From Ginkgo biloba (taxonomy: Eukaryota > Plantae > Ginkgophyta), in NCBI GenBank assembly GCA_024626585.2, contig JANKJI020000004.1, forward strand, positions 174,654,098 through 174,679,877: a stretch of DNA of 25,780 nucleotides, given 5' to 3'. Of this stretch, positions 12,641 to 23,581 are shown piece by piece. A program made the position numbers and the translations under genes. Positions within the stretch are counted from its first letter, which is position 1. Each line of letters begins with the position of its first letter. The notes under the pieces were generated by a model. The model made no database searches. It was not told the DNA's origin and was given only the letters and a program-made list of their open reading frames with translations.

Positions 12641-13879
12641 AAGTATCTCAAATTATGAAAATATTACTTAAATATTAACAATTTTTTTTTTTATAATAGT
12701 CATTATACATACATACACAAACTTGCATAAACCATTTCTTATCTACCCAAATAGTCATTTTGTATGTTGTTTGGAAGGCCTATTTGAATCCACTACTTGA
12801 CAGGAATGCCTCTTAGGAGACATCCAATAGTTCCCTTCTTGTTTCCCCTACCCAAAGAATAGACATTAGATCTTAATGATGTGATTCCAACCCCTAGTTA
12901 ATTGCATCTTTAATGTGTCTTATGTTAAATACACTTCTATTATTAGTTACACATTATTTCTATTGCCATATAGCAATTAGATATTTGATTAGTACATCAT
13001 GATTTTAACTACAACAACATCTTGATTGTATTGGATGCACCAATAGGCCTTATTCATCTTATTTTTATCAATTTTCTTTCCCGTGCTATAATTTCTTAAT
13101 AAATTTAGAAAAATAGAGATCAAAATGCCATTGTAGTGAAAGTTTTTGCCAAGTAGATAGTAAAAGTTTTATTTTCATGAAAGCATTACGTCAAAATAGG
13201 TTGTTAAAATTTAGATACCATGTCACCAAAAAGTATTGGTTCACATTGTTAAATTCAGATTGTACCTATTGACACATATGAAACCACTTTCATGAGATTA
13301 CCTTGGTGAATAAGTTGTGTAGCACTTACAAGACCAATATATATCAGTGTGCGTTGTATTAGTATGTTGATATCAAATGGATTCCAACCTACTCTATTGC
13401 TCTATTTAATACAAAGTCTTGGAGGATGCATTATTTAATGCATTTTGAATTAGAATATATAAGACTAAACATTCCATCATAGTTGATATGTTCTAGTTAA
13501 CTGGTGGTCGCTTTTCAGTAATCATCCATAAATTATCAACTAGGGATTTTGTTAACTTATGACGGGAANNNNNNNNNNNNNNNNNNNNNNNNNNNNNNNN
13601 NNNNNNNNNNNNNNNNNNNNNNNNNNNNNNNNNNNNNNNNNNNNNNNNNNNNNNNNNNNNNNNNNNNNATTGGCATGGAAGCCCATTGTGTAACTTTTTA
13701 TTGTTGAATTTTTAGATTCCACTTGTAGAAGGCATCTTTGGCCTCTATTGTTCACATCAATCACATAAATACTTTTTAAGGCATGATTATGGTTCTCACA
13801 GAGTAGAAGGCCTTTGGACCATTAGAAGAAGATGTTCTTTCTTTAAATTCTACTTAACCAAGCTTCAATACTATCTATA

Positions 13880-14038
13880 CTATTATGTGTAGATATTATA
13901 TATAACCAAATATTCTTTGTGCACATATATTGTTATGCTCAGTTCTCTATTATGATCTTGTATGTAGAATTTTACTTACAACATGGCTAAATGAGTTTCC
14001 TTAATTCGTGTACACTTACAAAGTCCTATCTAGCACCA
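13880..14038 (+). repeat. Diverged second copy of the LTR 3' segment (solo or partial LTR)
   Basis: tgttatgctcagttctctattatgatcttgtatgtagaattttacttaca..gagtttccttaa..cacttacaa aligns by eye with 9451-9549 tgttatgttcatttccctatatgatcttatgtgtacataattttaattaca..gagtctccttag..catttacaa. It ends ...tagcacCA. Confidence 0.55.
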
Positions 14039-17000
14039 GAGATCACATACTAATGCACAAAAAGGAGGAACGTTCAACAATGATCCTAGAGTGTAACAAA
14101 AGTAAAGAGAAATCCATTAGGCATTTAATAACGAGTATGGAATCCAAGTCTATACTTTTTTGCATGGTACAAATTGTTGTCAGCAATACAAATCTATCAC
14201 AGAGAATTTATAAAATTAAGTTTCTTGAAAAAATCCACTAAGAAGCATGATAATTACTAAGAGTGCAATTACTTTGCCTACAACATGCCATGTTTCTCCT
14301 GCAATAAGATATGTTTCACTTGAAGCTTTCCCTAGAATAGTGCCACAAGTTTGCTCTTTTTGCAAACAATAAAAAATAAAGATTATCAAGTGCAAATTTC
14401 TTCAACATTCAAAATCTTTAACTTGTGTGCAAAATCTGTTAGCCGACGCGATGTAAAAAATCTTCCATGAAAAAAAATAAAAAAATCACAAGATTCTAAT
14501 TGCATTCAATCATAATTATGCGACAAATATTTGGACAAAATAAACAAGAGATATATTATTCTCTTGCTAATGTTACAATAAGTCTTCTCACAAGAACCTT
14601 CAGAATAGTGCTCTCTCATACATTACCAAGTGTTTTTTCTCTCTCACACTCGAGAGATTAAATAATAAATCCTATCCTAACTTAAAATAAACACAACATA
14701 TGCAAAAAATGTTTTATCCAAAATAGAAGAAAAACCTTGGATAAGTCTTAGAAGATTATTCCAAGTAAAAAGCTCTTAAATAAGGTGTGCATATTATTGT
14801 ACTTTTAAATAATTAAAATAAAAAATATTTTCCCAACAAAAAACATTAAACTTTTAAAATCTTAGCCCCTCTTATGAATAGGTCCATTTGTCCTCCCCTT
14901 TAAGTGCTTAGCCCCCTTTGCCTTATCACACATCCTTCAAATGGAATTCGTAACAAAATTTATCATAATGATTCAATCCCTAGATCAACCCTAGATCAAT
15001 ACATCATTTGAGTTATCATAGTAAAAATGGCACACTTCATTTATGAGGGTCCTGTGATCGTAACACCACCTCAAGTATAGATGATTACAATTGTTCTAAG
15101 GTTGGATAAAGATGAAACTATTAATTATAAATTTAAATGTTACCATTTATATTTCAATTCCTCAAGTAAAAAGATCATTTTTCTTAAATTGAAATCAACA
15201 CTAATGAAATGAAATTTGCATAGGATAAATTAAGAAATGCACAAATTGATTGAAAATATACACTCACGCTTGTCATCCCTATGATGTTAACATCACTACT
15301 CGAGCTTTGACTTGTGTGTTTAATCCCACATTGAAACTCTATGGGTGCCACTTGGGGGTTATAAGATGCAACATGGTTCTAAAGCATTGTCAATCCGAAA
15401 ATAGATATTGGGTGCAAGTCTCACAGATATTGTGTTACCTCTCTCTGANNNNNNNNNNNNNNNNNNNNNNNNNNNNNNNNNNNNNNNNNNNNNNNNNNNN
15501 NNNNNNNNNNNNNNNNNNNNNNNNNNNNNNNNNNNNNNNNNNNNNNNNNNNNNNNNNNNNNNNNNNNNNNNNNNNNNNNNNNNNNNNNNNNNNNNNNNNN
15601 NNNNNNNNNNNNNNNNNNNNNNNNNNNNNNNNNNNNNNNNNNNNNNNNNNNNNNNNNNNNNNNNNNNNNNNNNNNNNNNNNNNNNNNNNNNNNNNNNNNN
15701 NNNNNNNNNNNNNNNNNNNNNNNNNNNNNNNNNNNNNNNNNNNNNNNNNNNNNNNNNNNNNNNNNNNNNNNNNNNNNNNNNNNNNNNNNNNNNNNNNNNN
15801 NNNNNNNNNNNNNNNNNNNNNNNNNNNNNNNNNNNNNNNNNNNNNNNNNNNNNNNNNNNNNNNNNNNNNNNNNNNNNNNNNNNNNNNNNNNNNNNNNNNN
15901 NNNNNNNNNNNNNNNNNNNNNNNNNNNNNNNNNNNNNNNNNNNNNNNNNNNNNNNNNNNNNNNNNNNNNNNNNNNNNNNNNNNNNNNNNNNNNNNNNNNN
16001 NNNNNNNNNNNNNNNNNNNNNNNNNNNNNNNNNNNNNNNNNNNNNNNNNNNNNNNNNNNNNNNNNNNNNNNNNNNNNNNNNNNNNNNNNNNNNNNNNNNN
16101 NNNNNNNNNNNNNNNNNNNNNNNNNNNNNNNNNNNNNNNNNNNNNNNNNNNNNNNNNNNNNNNNNNNNNNNNNNNNNNNNNNNNNNNNNNNNNNNNNNNN
16201 NNNNNNNNNNNNNNNNNNNNNNNNNNNNNNNNNNNNNNNNNNNNNNNNNNNNNNNNNNNNNNNNNNNNNNNNNNNNNNNNNNNNNNNNNNNNNNNNNNNN
16301 NNNNNNNNNNNNNNNNNNNNNNNNNNNNNNNNNNNNNNNNNNNNNNNNNNNNNNNNNNNNNNNNNNNNNNNNNNNNNNNNNNNNNNNNNAAAGGAATAGA
16401 AATCAAGGGCACTGCCAATCAAGTTGCTACAGGGACTCGCTTTCAAGAATGCATACGTAAGTATATAAAATATTAAAAGAAGAATAGATAAGATTGTTGA
16501 AATTGCCCCCAAAAACTTGTTTTTTTGCATTCACTTTTCTCATTAATCAATTTCTTTTGCATCTTCTCCTATAAAATATAATTTCCCTTAAAGCTCCTAA
16601 AATCAACGAATGCAAAACTCAAAGTTTCTTGATATACTTATCCTTTACTCACATTTCCCCTACTCATTATCAAACCCTATCATATTGTTGAGATGTGAAT
16701 GCTTTAATATGTACAAAATACCCAAATAAAAAATATGTTTCCAAAATTCTAGTCTACTTTAAAAGAATATAGACCTTGTAATCATGTGTAGTTTTCCCTT
16801 TCATCTTTATATTCAATAGTGCATCAACATTCTATAGGAGGAAATTCAATGTTTTTATTGAAGGATTGTTTTAGCGAAAAGATTCATGGATCCATAACTC
16901 AAAATTTTCATATTCTTAGAGTGGATTTCACTTGCAAGTTGCAAGCAACTTTCATAGTTTGTAATTAAATCCACATAAGAACATGCTATAAAAAATCCTA

Positions 17001-19093
17001 AACATTGTATCTTGAAATCAACAAACGTTGCCATTTTTCAAATCTAGAGGTATCAAGCATATTTTACCCATATGATCATTGAGTACTATGTGGATTTATT
17101 GATTTAATTAATCAATGAGAGCGTGGTCTACATTCAATTGATTTGTCTACCTAAAAATTGTATTTAATTCTCTCACATGTATGTGCATGTTTTTTTTCTT
17201 TTTGCTTCTTTTTCATTTTTTTGTGTGGGGTTGAACCGCCACTTTTTTTAGTTTATAGTTATAGATATCAATGGCGTTTTGCTAATCTTTGACCTATCTC
17301 TGACTTCATTCTTGATCGAGATTCACTACCATGTGGCTCTTGCTTAAGAACTAAATCTCATAATTCCAACATTTGCAACATGGATGATGCTTCCTTAAAT
17401 TGCACAATTTTGAAGGGTTTTTCCGCAAAATAGATTTTGTCAACCTACACTCATGGGACCCCTTTATTGAGTGGCTAGTTGTGAGCTAAATAGTTTACTC
17501 CATAAACTATTAGGTTGTGCCTCATTTATACCTAGAAAATAATCCAATCTCATTAGAATTTAAAGTAATTTGTTCACACCTAGGCAAATGTCGTCAAGGA
17601 TTTAGAAAATTTAGCTTTGCATATTTCCAACTCCAGCTACTGTTCCTCTAGTCACCTCACTAGTTATTTGTAATAATGATGAGATATTTTATATATTTTA
17701 TTTAATTTTATTATGGACCCTTTAGGGAAAGTAATTTGACTGAATGGATTATATCTTTTTATCATCTTTCCTCTTTTCTTGATATCGGATATCANNNNNN
17801 NNNNNNNNNNNNNNNNNNNNNNNNNNNNNNNNNNNNNNNNNNNNNNNNNNNNNNNNNNNNNNNNNNNNNNNNNNNNNNNNNNNNNNNNNNNNNNNNNNNN
17901 NNNNNNNNNNNNNNNNNNNNNNNNNNNNNNNNNNNNNNNNNNNNNNNNNNNNNNNNNNNNNNNNNNNNNNNNNNNNNNNNNNNNNNNNNNNNNNNNNNNN
18001 NNNNNNNNNNNNNNNNNNNNNNNNNNNNNNNNNNNNNNNNNNNNNNNNNNNNNNNNNNNNNNNNNNNNNNNNNNNNNNNNNNNNNNNNNNNNNNNNNNNN
18101 NNNNNNNNNNNNNNNNNNNNNNNNNNNNNNNNNNNNNNNNNNNNNNNNNNNNNNNNNNNNNNNNNNNNNNNNNNNNNNNNNNNNNNNNNNNNNNNNNNNN
18201 NNNNNNNNNNNNNNNNNNNNNNNNNNNNNNNNNNNNNNNNNNNNNNNNNNNNNNNNNNNNNNNNNNNNNNNNNNNNNNNNNNNNNNNNNNNNNNNNNNNN
18301 NNNNNNNNNNNNNNNNNNNCACTTCATCACAGGCTCTACTAGCACTCACAAGCATGTCTGACACGCCATTAATTATATCTATTGAAAAATTCCACAATGT
18401 TCAAGAGTACAAGGGCTACACAAATAAGATCACGCATTCAATTATGCTGCTAGGATGGGGTCTATTATCCTATTCACTTTTATCCCTATAATCCATTGTA
18501 ATTGTTTCTTGTTGTTGTCTAAAAAACTGTGACCAATATCCTGAAAGTTACAACAGAGTCAATCATTTGAGAGATATCCATACGGATAATCCAGAAGATC
18601 TAGGCTAAACATGCAGAAATCCATAACATGTTTCCACTAGAACTGTCTCAACAAACCATCTTGCACTGTAGCTACATTTGATCTAGAATGTAATTCAGTA
18701 ATCTCAACATAAAAATACACTTTTTCTTTTCTTCTTGTGCTGCTTGTATTTTTATAGCAAGTCAATACTAAGACTACTTTCCATGGACAGGAAAGATGAG
18801 ACAATTGATGGAAAATCAGAATGGGGTATTTAACAGCCATCAGAACCTGACAAAATAGCCAAATTCCAAGAAGCAGCTACATAAATGCTGCCTTTCCACC
18901 AATTAACAATGTTCACTCTCTGTGAACACACTCTGTCATTCATTTGAAAAAATAAAACTATAGCTACTATGCAGTTCAATGGATACAAGCAAATACCATA
19001 AGGTAGACTGTTAGAGAAGTAAAAGCAACAATCTTTCTTGTGGACGTGAAACTTAGAACCCTGCTTTGTGGGAGTCACCCCATTCCCTAATAC

Positions 19094-19187
19094 TTATAAC
19101 CTTTGAGGTGCATGCCCAGTCTGCTGCTTTTGCAAGTCCTTCAACCATTCTGTAAGTTCTTGGAATGTTGGACGGTATCCTGGATCA
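19094..19187 (-). CDS. Terminal coding exon of the same Raf-like kinase
   Basis: tgtgcAG|T GAT CCA GGA TAC CGT CCA ACA TTC CAA GAA... The phase-2 junction AG+T gives Ser, then DPGYRPTFQELTEWLKDLQKQQTGHAPQRL*, with TAA at 19094-19096. This matches the B2-Raf consensus (S)DP..RPTFQEL...LKDLQ, including the invariant subdomain XI Arg. Confidence 0.9.
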
Positions 19188-19304
19188 CTGCACATTACCA
19201 AACCATAATGCTATTACAGCCTGGTGACAACCACCTAAAGCACAATCAGAAATGCATATCTTCGCACCATATTTGCCAAATAAAATCCTAATATGTTAGA
19301 ATAC
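19188..19304 (-). other. 117-nt GT-AG spliceosomal intron of the Raf-like kinase
   Basis: GT at 19304-19303 and AG at 19189-19188 on the minus strand. Removing it joins CWH-S-DP in frame. Confidence 0.9.
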
Positions 19305-19399
19305 CTGTGCCAACAACTTTCAATGATGGATGTCCACTGAGGATCCAAACCTTCTGGAATCTGTAATCGCCGGTTCATAAATCCCACAGCTCCAACCAC
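19305..19399 (-). CDS. Penultimate coding exon of a Raf-like MAPKKK Ser/Thr kinase (kinase subdomains X-XI; most like B2 subgroup, Arabidopsis RAF10/RAF11 type)
   Basis: Minus strand reads tttgtAG|GTG GTT GGA GCT GTG GGA TTT ATG AAC CGG CGA... = [31 protein letters not shown] + AG|GTattc. The exon is 95 nt with a canonical AG acceptor and GT donor and no stops. VVGAVGF..RL.IP..DP is the hallmark of B-group Raf kinases (EDR1/CTR1 family). GFM..RL and DPQW..IIESCWHS match the B2 clade. Confidence 0.93.
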
Positions 19400-19538
19400 C
19401 TACAAATGGATTCTTACTGAGACCCAATTGCAGCAGAGTTCTCAAATCTCATAGCAAAAGATAAAAAGGATATGCAATGCTATGAAATAATATATTGAAA
19501 ATAAAATCAACCAAAATTCATATTTGAAAACAAACGTC

Positions 19539-19560
19539 CTCTCTCTCTCTCTCTCTCTCT
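19539..19560. repeat. (CT)11 microsatellite in the kinase intron
   Basis: Perfect CT dinucleotide run. Confidence 0.95.
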
Positions 19561-20032
19561 GAGCAAAAAGGAAGGAGAGATGCAGATCACAAGTAATGTG
19601 AAGGTAGTATCTTTCACATTCAANNNNNNNNNNNNNNNNNNNNNNNNNNNNNNNNNNNNNNNNNNNNNNNNNNNNNNNNNNNNNNNNNNNNNNNNNNNNN
19701 NNNNNNNNNNNNNNNNNNNNNNNCCATAACAGATTTAGGAATTTTCTGTCCCCGGAAAAGTCAAACTCCTTCCACTTTGAAAGGACCTTCTTAACAGGTT
19801 GCCCGTTGCATGTGTGGGAGACACGGTTATGGCCACTCAAATGTATTTAACATAGAAAAAAACCTTATATACAACCCAATGAGTGTTCACAGGTCCATAC
19901 AAAACTGTAATAGTGGAAAAAAAAGAGAAAATAGTGGTTGAGGATGGGGGAGAGAGTAAGGCAAAGGGACAACAGAAACACATGCTCTGAGACCATAGTG
20001 AAGGCATAGAGACATGTAAAGAAATAACGATA

Positions 20033-20189
20033 ATTATTTAATTAATATCAAAATGGGTCATTATTCCAACAATAATGTTCTGAATTACTTAATAGCATAT
20101 ATTGAAAATACATTATTTAATTAATATCAAAATGGGACATTATTCCAACAATAATGTTCTGAATTACTTAATAGTATATATTGAAAATA
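20033..20189. repeat. 79-bp tandem duplication, 2 copies
   Basis: attatttaattaatatcaaaatggg[t/a]cattattccaacaataatgttctgaattacttaatag[c/t]atatattgaaaata at 20033 and 20112, with two mismatches. Confidence 0.95.
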
Positions 20190-20931
20190 ATTGGCTTGAC
20201 TATATAAAGATAATTTTTTGCCAAAATGCAGATATCATTTGAAACTTACATCTTCACAAAAATAGTCAGAGCATTTGTGATACTCATACCATAATCTTTA
20301 GTAGTCTTGGTTTTTTCTTGATGCACACTCATCTCAATGTGTTTCCTATTTATGTGATCTTCTTCACTCTTGACTTCATGCTTATCTATTTCAATAGTAT
20401 ATTTTACATCATAGTCTTCTTGCTAGTTATCATTACCGATTTCATGTTTTGCATTAAGTCCTAGCTCATTTGTATCAATACATTCTTTGTTTAAAATATT
20501 ACTAGCTTCATAATATTCTTTATATACATCAATTNNNNNNNNNNNNNNNNNNNNNNNNNNNNNNNNNNNNNNNNNNNNNNNNNNNNNNNNNNNNNNNNNN
20601 NNNNNNNNNNNNNNNNTAGAAATCAAAGTGCACATCGCTACACATACAACAACCCACATAGAATCAACACTCCTCAAGATGAGATATGCATAACAAATCT
20701 GCTACAACAATACACCTCTATGAATTAATCAACAAACTACAAACTACAATACAAAAACCAGAGAGGAGGGGTGGAGTGCAATGGTACAACTCCCACACCA
20801 ATCCACTTTACAATACATGCCCCTATTTAATNNNNNNNNNNNNNNNNNNNNNNNNNNNNNNNNNNNNNNNNNNNNNNNNNNNNNNNNNNNNNNNNNNNNN
20901 NNNNNNNNNNNNNNNNNNNNNNNNNNNNNNN

Positions 20932-21250
20932 TTGGGACAATTACATTATTTTCTTGGCATAGAAGTATGGAAAAATAATGAAGGAACATTCATATCTCAA
21001 GAAAAATATGCTATGGACATCTTGGAAAAAATCAATATGACTGATTTCAAACCTATTGAAACACCTATTGATATGGGAATCAATTTGAGTAAGTTTGATA
21101 ACTCTAAATCAGTTAATTCTCCACTCTATCATCAATTGGTTAGAAGTTTGATTTACTTAACTAATACTAGGCTAGACGTATAATATGCAATCAATTTAGT
21201 CTTTATATTTATAAATGAGCCTAAGAACCAACATTAGAAAGTTGCTAAGA
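20932..21250 (+). mobile_element. Ty1/copia reverse transcriptase fragment (RVT_2 C-terminal part), pseudogenised
   Basis: LGQLHYFLGIEVWKNNEGTFISQEKYAMDILEKINMTDFKPIETPID...YHQLVRSLIYLTNTRLDV*YAINLV..FINEPKNQH*KVAK matches the copia DLG.L.YFLGIEV / YRQLVGSLIYLT.TRPDI / P...HW..AKR motifs. Confidence 0.92.
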
Positions 21251-23581
21251 GTAACCAATTATTGACTAGTAATTTGATTGCAAAGGCCCAAAGCGAGTTA
21301 AAAAAACATCCAAGCACTTGCTAAGCAATTATCAGATCTGCACATGTTAAGAAACCTCTACAAGATGCTATTGATCTTACATGAGGGCTTTCTCTAGTTC
21401 CTTAAGTCCTGTCAAATATTCTATTCTGATTCTTTGTGAGACATGTTCACTACTCTGTCATCAAAGAATTGGTTGTTTAAAAACTTATGTAAATTATTGC
21501 CTCACATAGATATTATCTTTGAAAGTGCAGTGAGAGTTGCATTGCTTGACTGGCACCCGTAAAAATATGAACTTGAGATATTTGATAACTTATGCATATG
21601 CCTAAGAGGTGGTATGTGGGGTATTCGCATCTTTCTCTCATTTAGGTTGTGACATGTGGGATAATTCATATTCCTCTTATACCTGTGTATGGAACCTTTT
21701 GATATTGCCTAGTATGTTCATCAAATTACTAGAAATTTGTGCTTCACCTTTATTTCTAGTGAAGTTGTTGAAGTCTATAGTACCTCGGTTTTTCTGGGTT
21801 TGCTAGGGATGTGTTCAAATTTGGCTGCAATCCTGTGAGAACTTACTTAATTGAAGCTAAGGTTTCACCTCAATTGGTGTGCATCTTTTGAGGGTGATGA
21901 GTTTCTATTTGCATACTTGTTTGAGTTTGATGTATCTATGTATCTGTTTTCCATGTTAGATTTCAATAGATGGAATCTCAATATTGTGAATCAAAATGTT
22001 CAAGAAATGATGAGAGTTTATAGCACTACATATTGCCATCCATGAGGCTCAAATGTGATGTTGTACAAGGTTTTACTTCTGATTTGATACATGTGAAATT
22101 TTGCAAGTGTTGACCAGGCAGGAATTCTAGGGTTTTTGTTGAAAGGCACTATTGTACCATAAAAGTCTATTGTAGTTATACAAGAATAACTCTTCAATGG
22201 CAGGAAGTAATTAATGTCTCAAAGTAGGAAATCTGCAGTGAACGCTAGGTCAACACCTCCCTGTCAAATGTTTGCCTATGGTGTCAAAATTGCAACTCCC
22301 TCTACTCACTGGACTCATACCTAAAACAACCTTCATGGCCTACAAGAACTCAATCTAGATGTCTATTGGTTTTCAAGGTCATGGAAATTTTGAAGTCAAA
22401 CTAATATATCTCCTTGGTGCTTCTCAGTGCATTGTCCGTAATATATCATTCTACAGTAAGGAAGAATTTTGGAACATAAGTTCCCAGTATCATTTTAAGG
22501 CTTTACATGACAAGATAATAATGAAATTCTCTTCCAAGTTTTTAGGACAAGGATTTGCAGCCAAAAACATTGAGTAAAAGGGCTTAATGAGGGGTTCTAT
22601 GCATACTCGACTTTATGTTAATGAGCGAATTTTTTACCTCTAACTCAAATGGATTGTTCAGTGAAGTATATGTTGTATTAAATGAATGTTTAACTGCATT
22701 ATGGAGTTCATGTATGCAAGTATGTGATTGGAATTTCCTGTTTCTTGTTTGAACAGTGTTCTCTGTAAAATTGTAGTAGGTTCGCTTTGAATTTAACTTC
22801 ATAATTGTCGTATCAAAGGCTTTGAAGTGTTACTTTCATCACTCACAATAAAATTATGACAAATTTGTCTAACAATTATTTTTTTTAATTGATTTCACAT
22901 TGGACAATTCAGGTTATAACAAGTATGTTACCCTCTCAGCCAAAAGGATGGCATGTTCCAAGAACTAGCAAGTTTGGAAAAAACAGATTTTCTACATCAT
23001 TTCCATGGCCTATATAAGGCTTGAGAAATGATACAAGTAATGTCAAAAAGGTTTTAATTTATGTGGGTCTTTGGAGTCGATTTCTCAGGCAGTGCTCCCA
23101 TCATCCATGCCAAAGAGATTTGGGGGGCATTCTTTGGAGGGTAGTTCAGGTCACCATCATTGTCCATGTTCAAATCCTGATGGATCTGAAGGGGACTAGC
23201 TTCCATCAGTGCAGGCAAGGCAAAATCTCTTCCTTCATCACCCCCAATGGTATGATGAAGAGATGAGAGGAAAGGATAAGCTTAGCATGTAACCACTAAA
23301 TCTGAAGACAAGCCCCTCAGAAACCTTTAGTAAATACAAAGCCAAAAGGAAAGTAATATATATTCTTAAAAAGATAAACTATTTTCAAGNNNNNNNNNNN
23401 NNNNNNNNNNNNNNNNNNNNNNNNNNNNNNNNNNNNNNNNNNNNNNNNNNNNNNNNNNNNNNNNNNNNNNNNNNNNNNNNNNNNNNNNNCAATTTTAGAC
23501 TATTCTCTTGGGGAAACCACATAGTCTGGCTATTTCTTTCATGAATTCTTCTATTATTTGCAGTGTTTTGTGAGAGAGTTA

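Noticed and set aside
12740-13560. Possible Helitron or CACTA coding remnant (HPPRLC, GWNPF on the minus strand)
   Set aside because: These are isolated short words without collinear supporting motifs.
15250-16530. Long ORFs of 327-408 aa (also those at 3027-3347, 11902-12438 and 17736-18491)
   Set aside because: They consist almost entirely of X from N-gaps, and the flanking residues show no recognisable motif.
19724-19840. MSGHNRVSHTCNGQPVKKVLSKWKEFDFSGDRKFLNLLW as a kinase exon
   Set aside because: It has no kinase subdomain motif and no clear splice context.
20240-20360. Minus-strand RKHIEM...IFVK as a copia RNase H end
   Set aside because: The spacing and intervening residues do not fit KHIE...ADIFTK, and it is on the opposite strand to the nearby copia RT.
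22690-22775. Minus-strand 'MNSIMQ' resembling the LNSMQ end of the missing kinase exon
   Set aside because: No GT donor follows it, and no SDVYSFGVILWE motif lies upstream.
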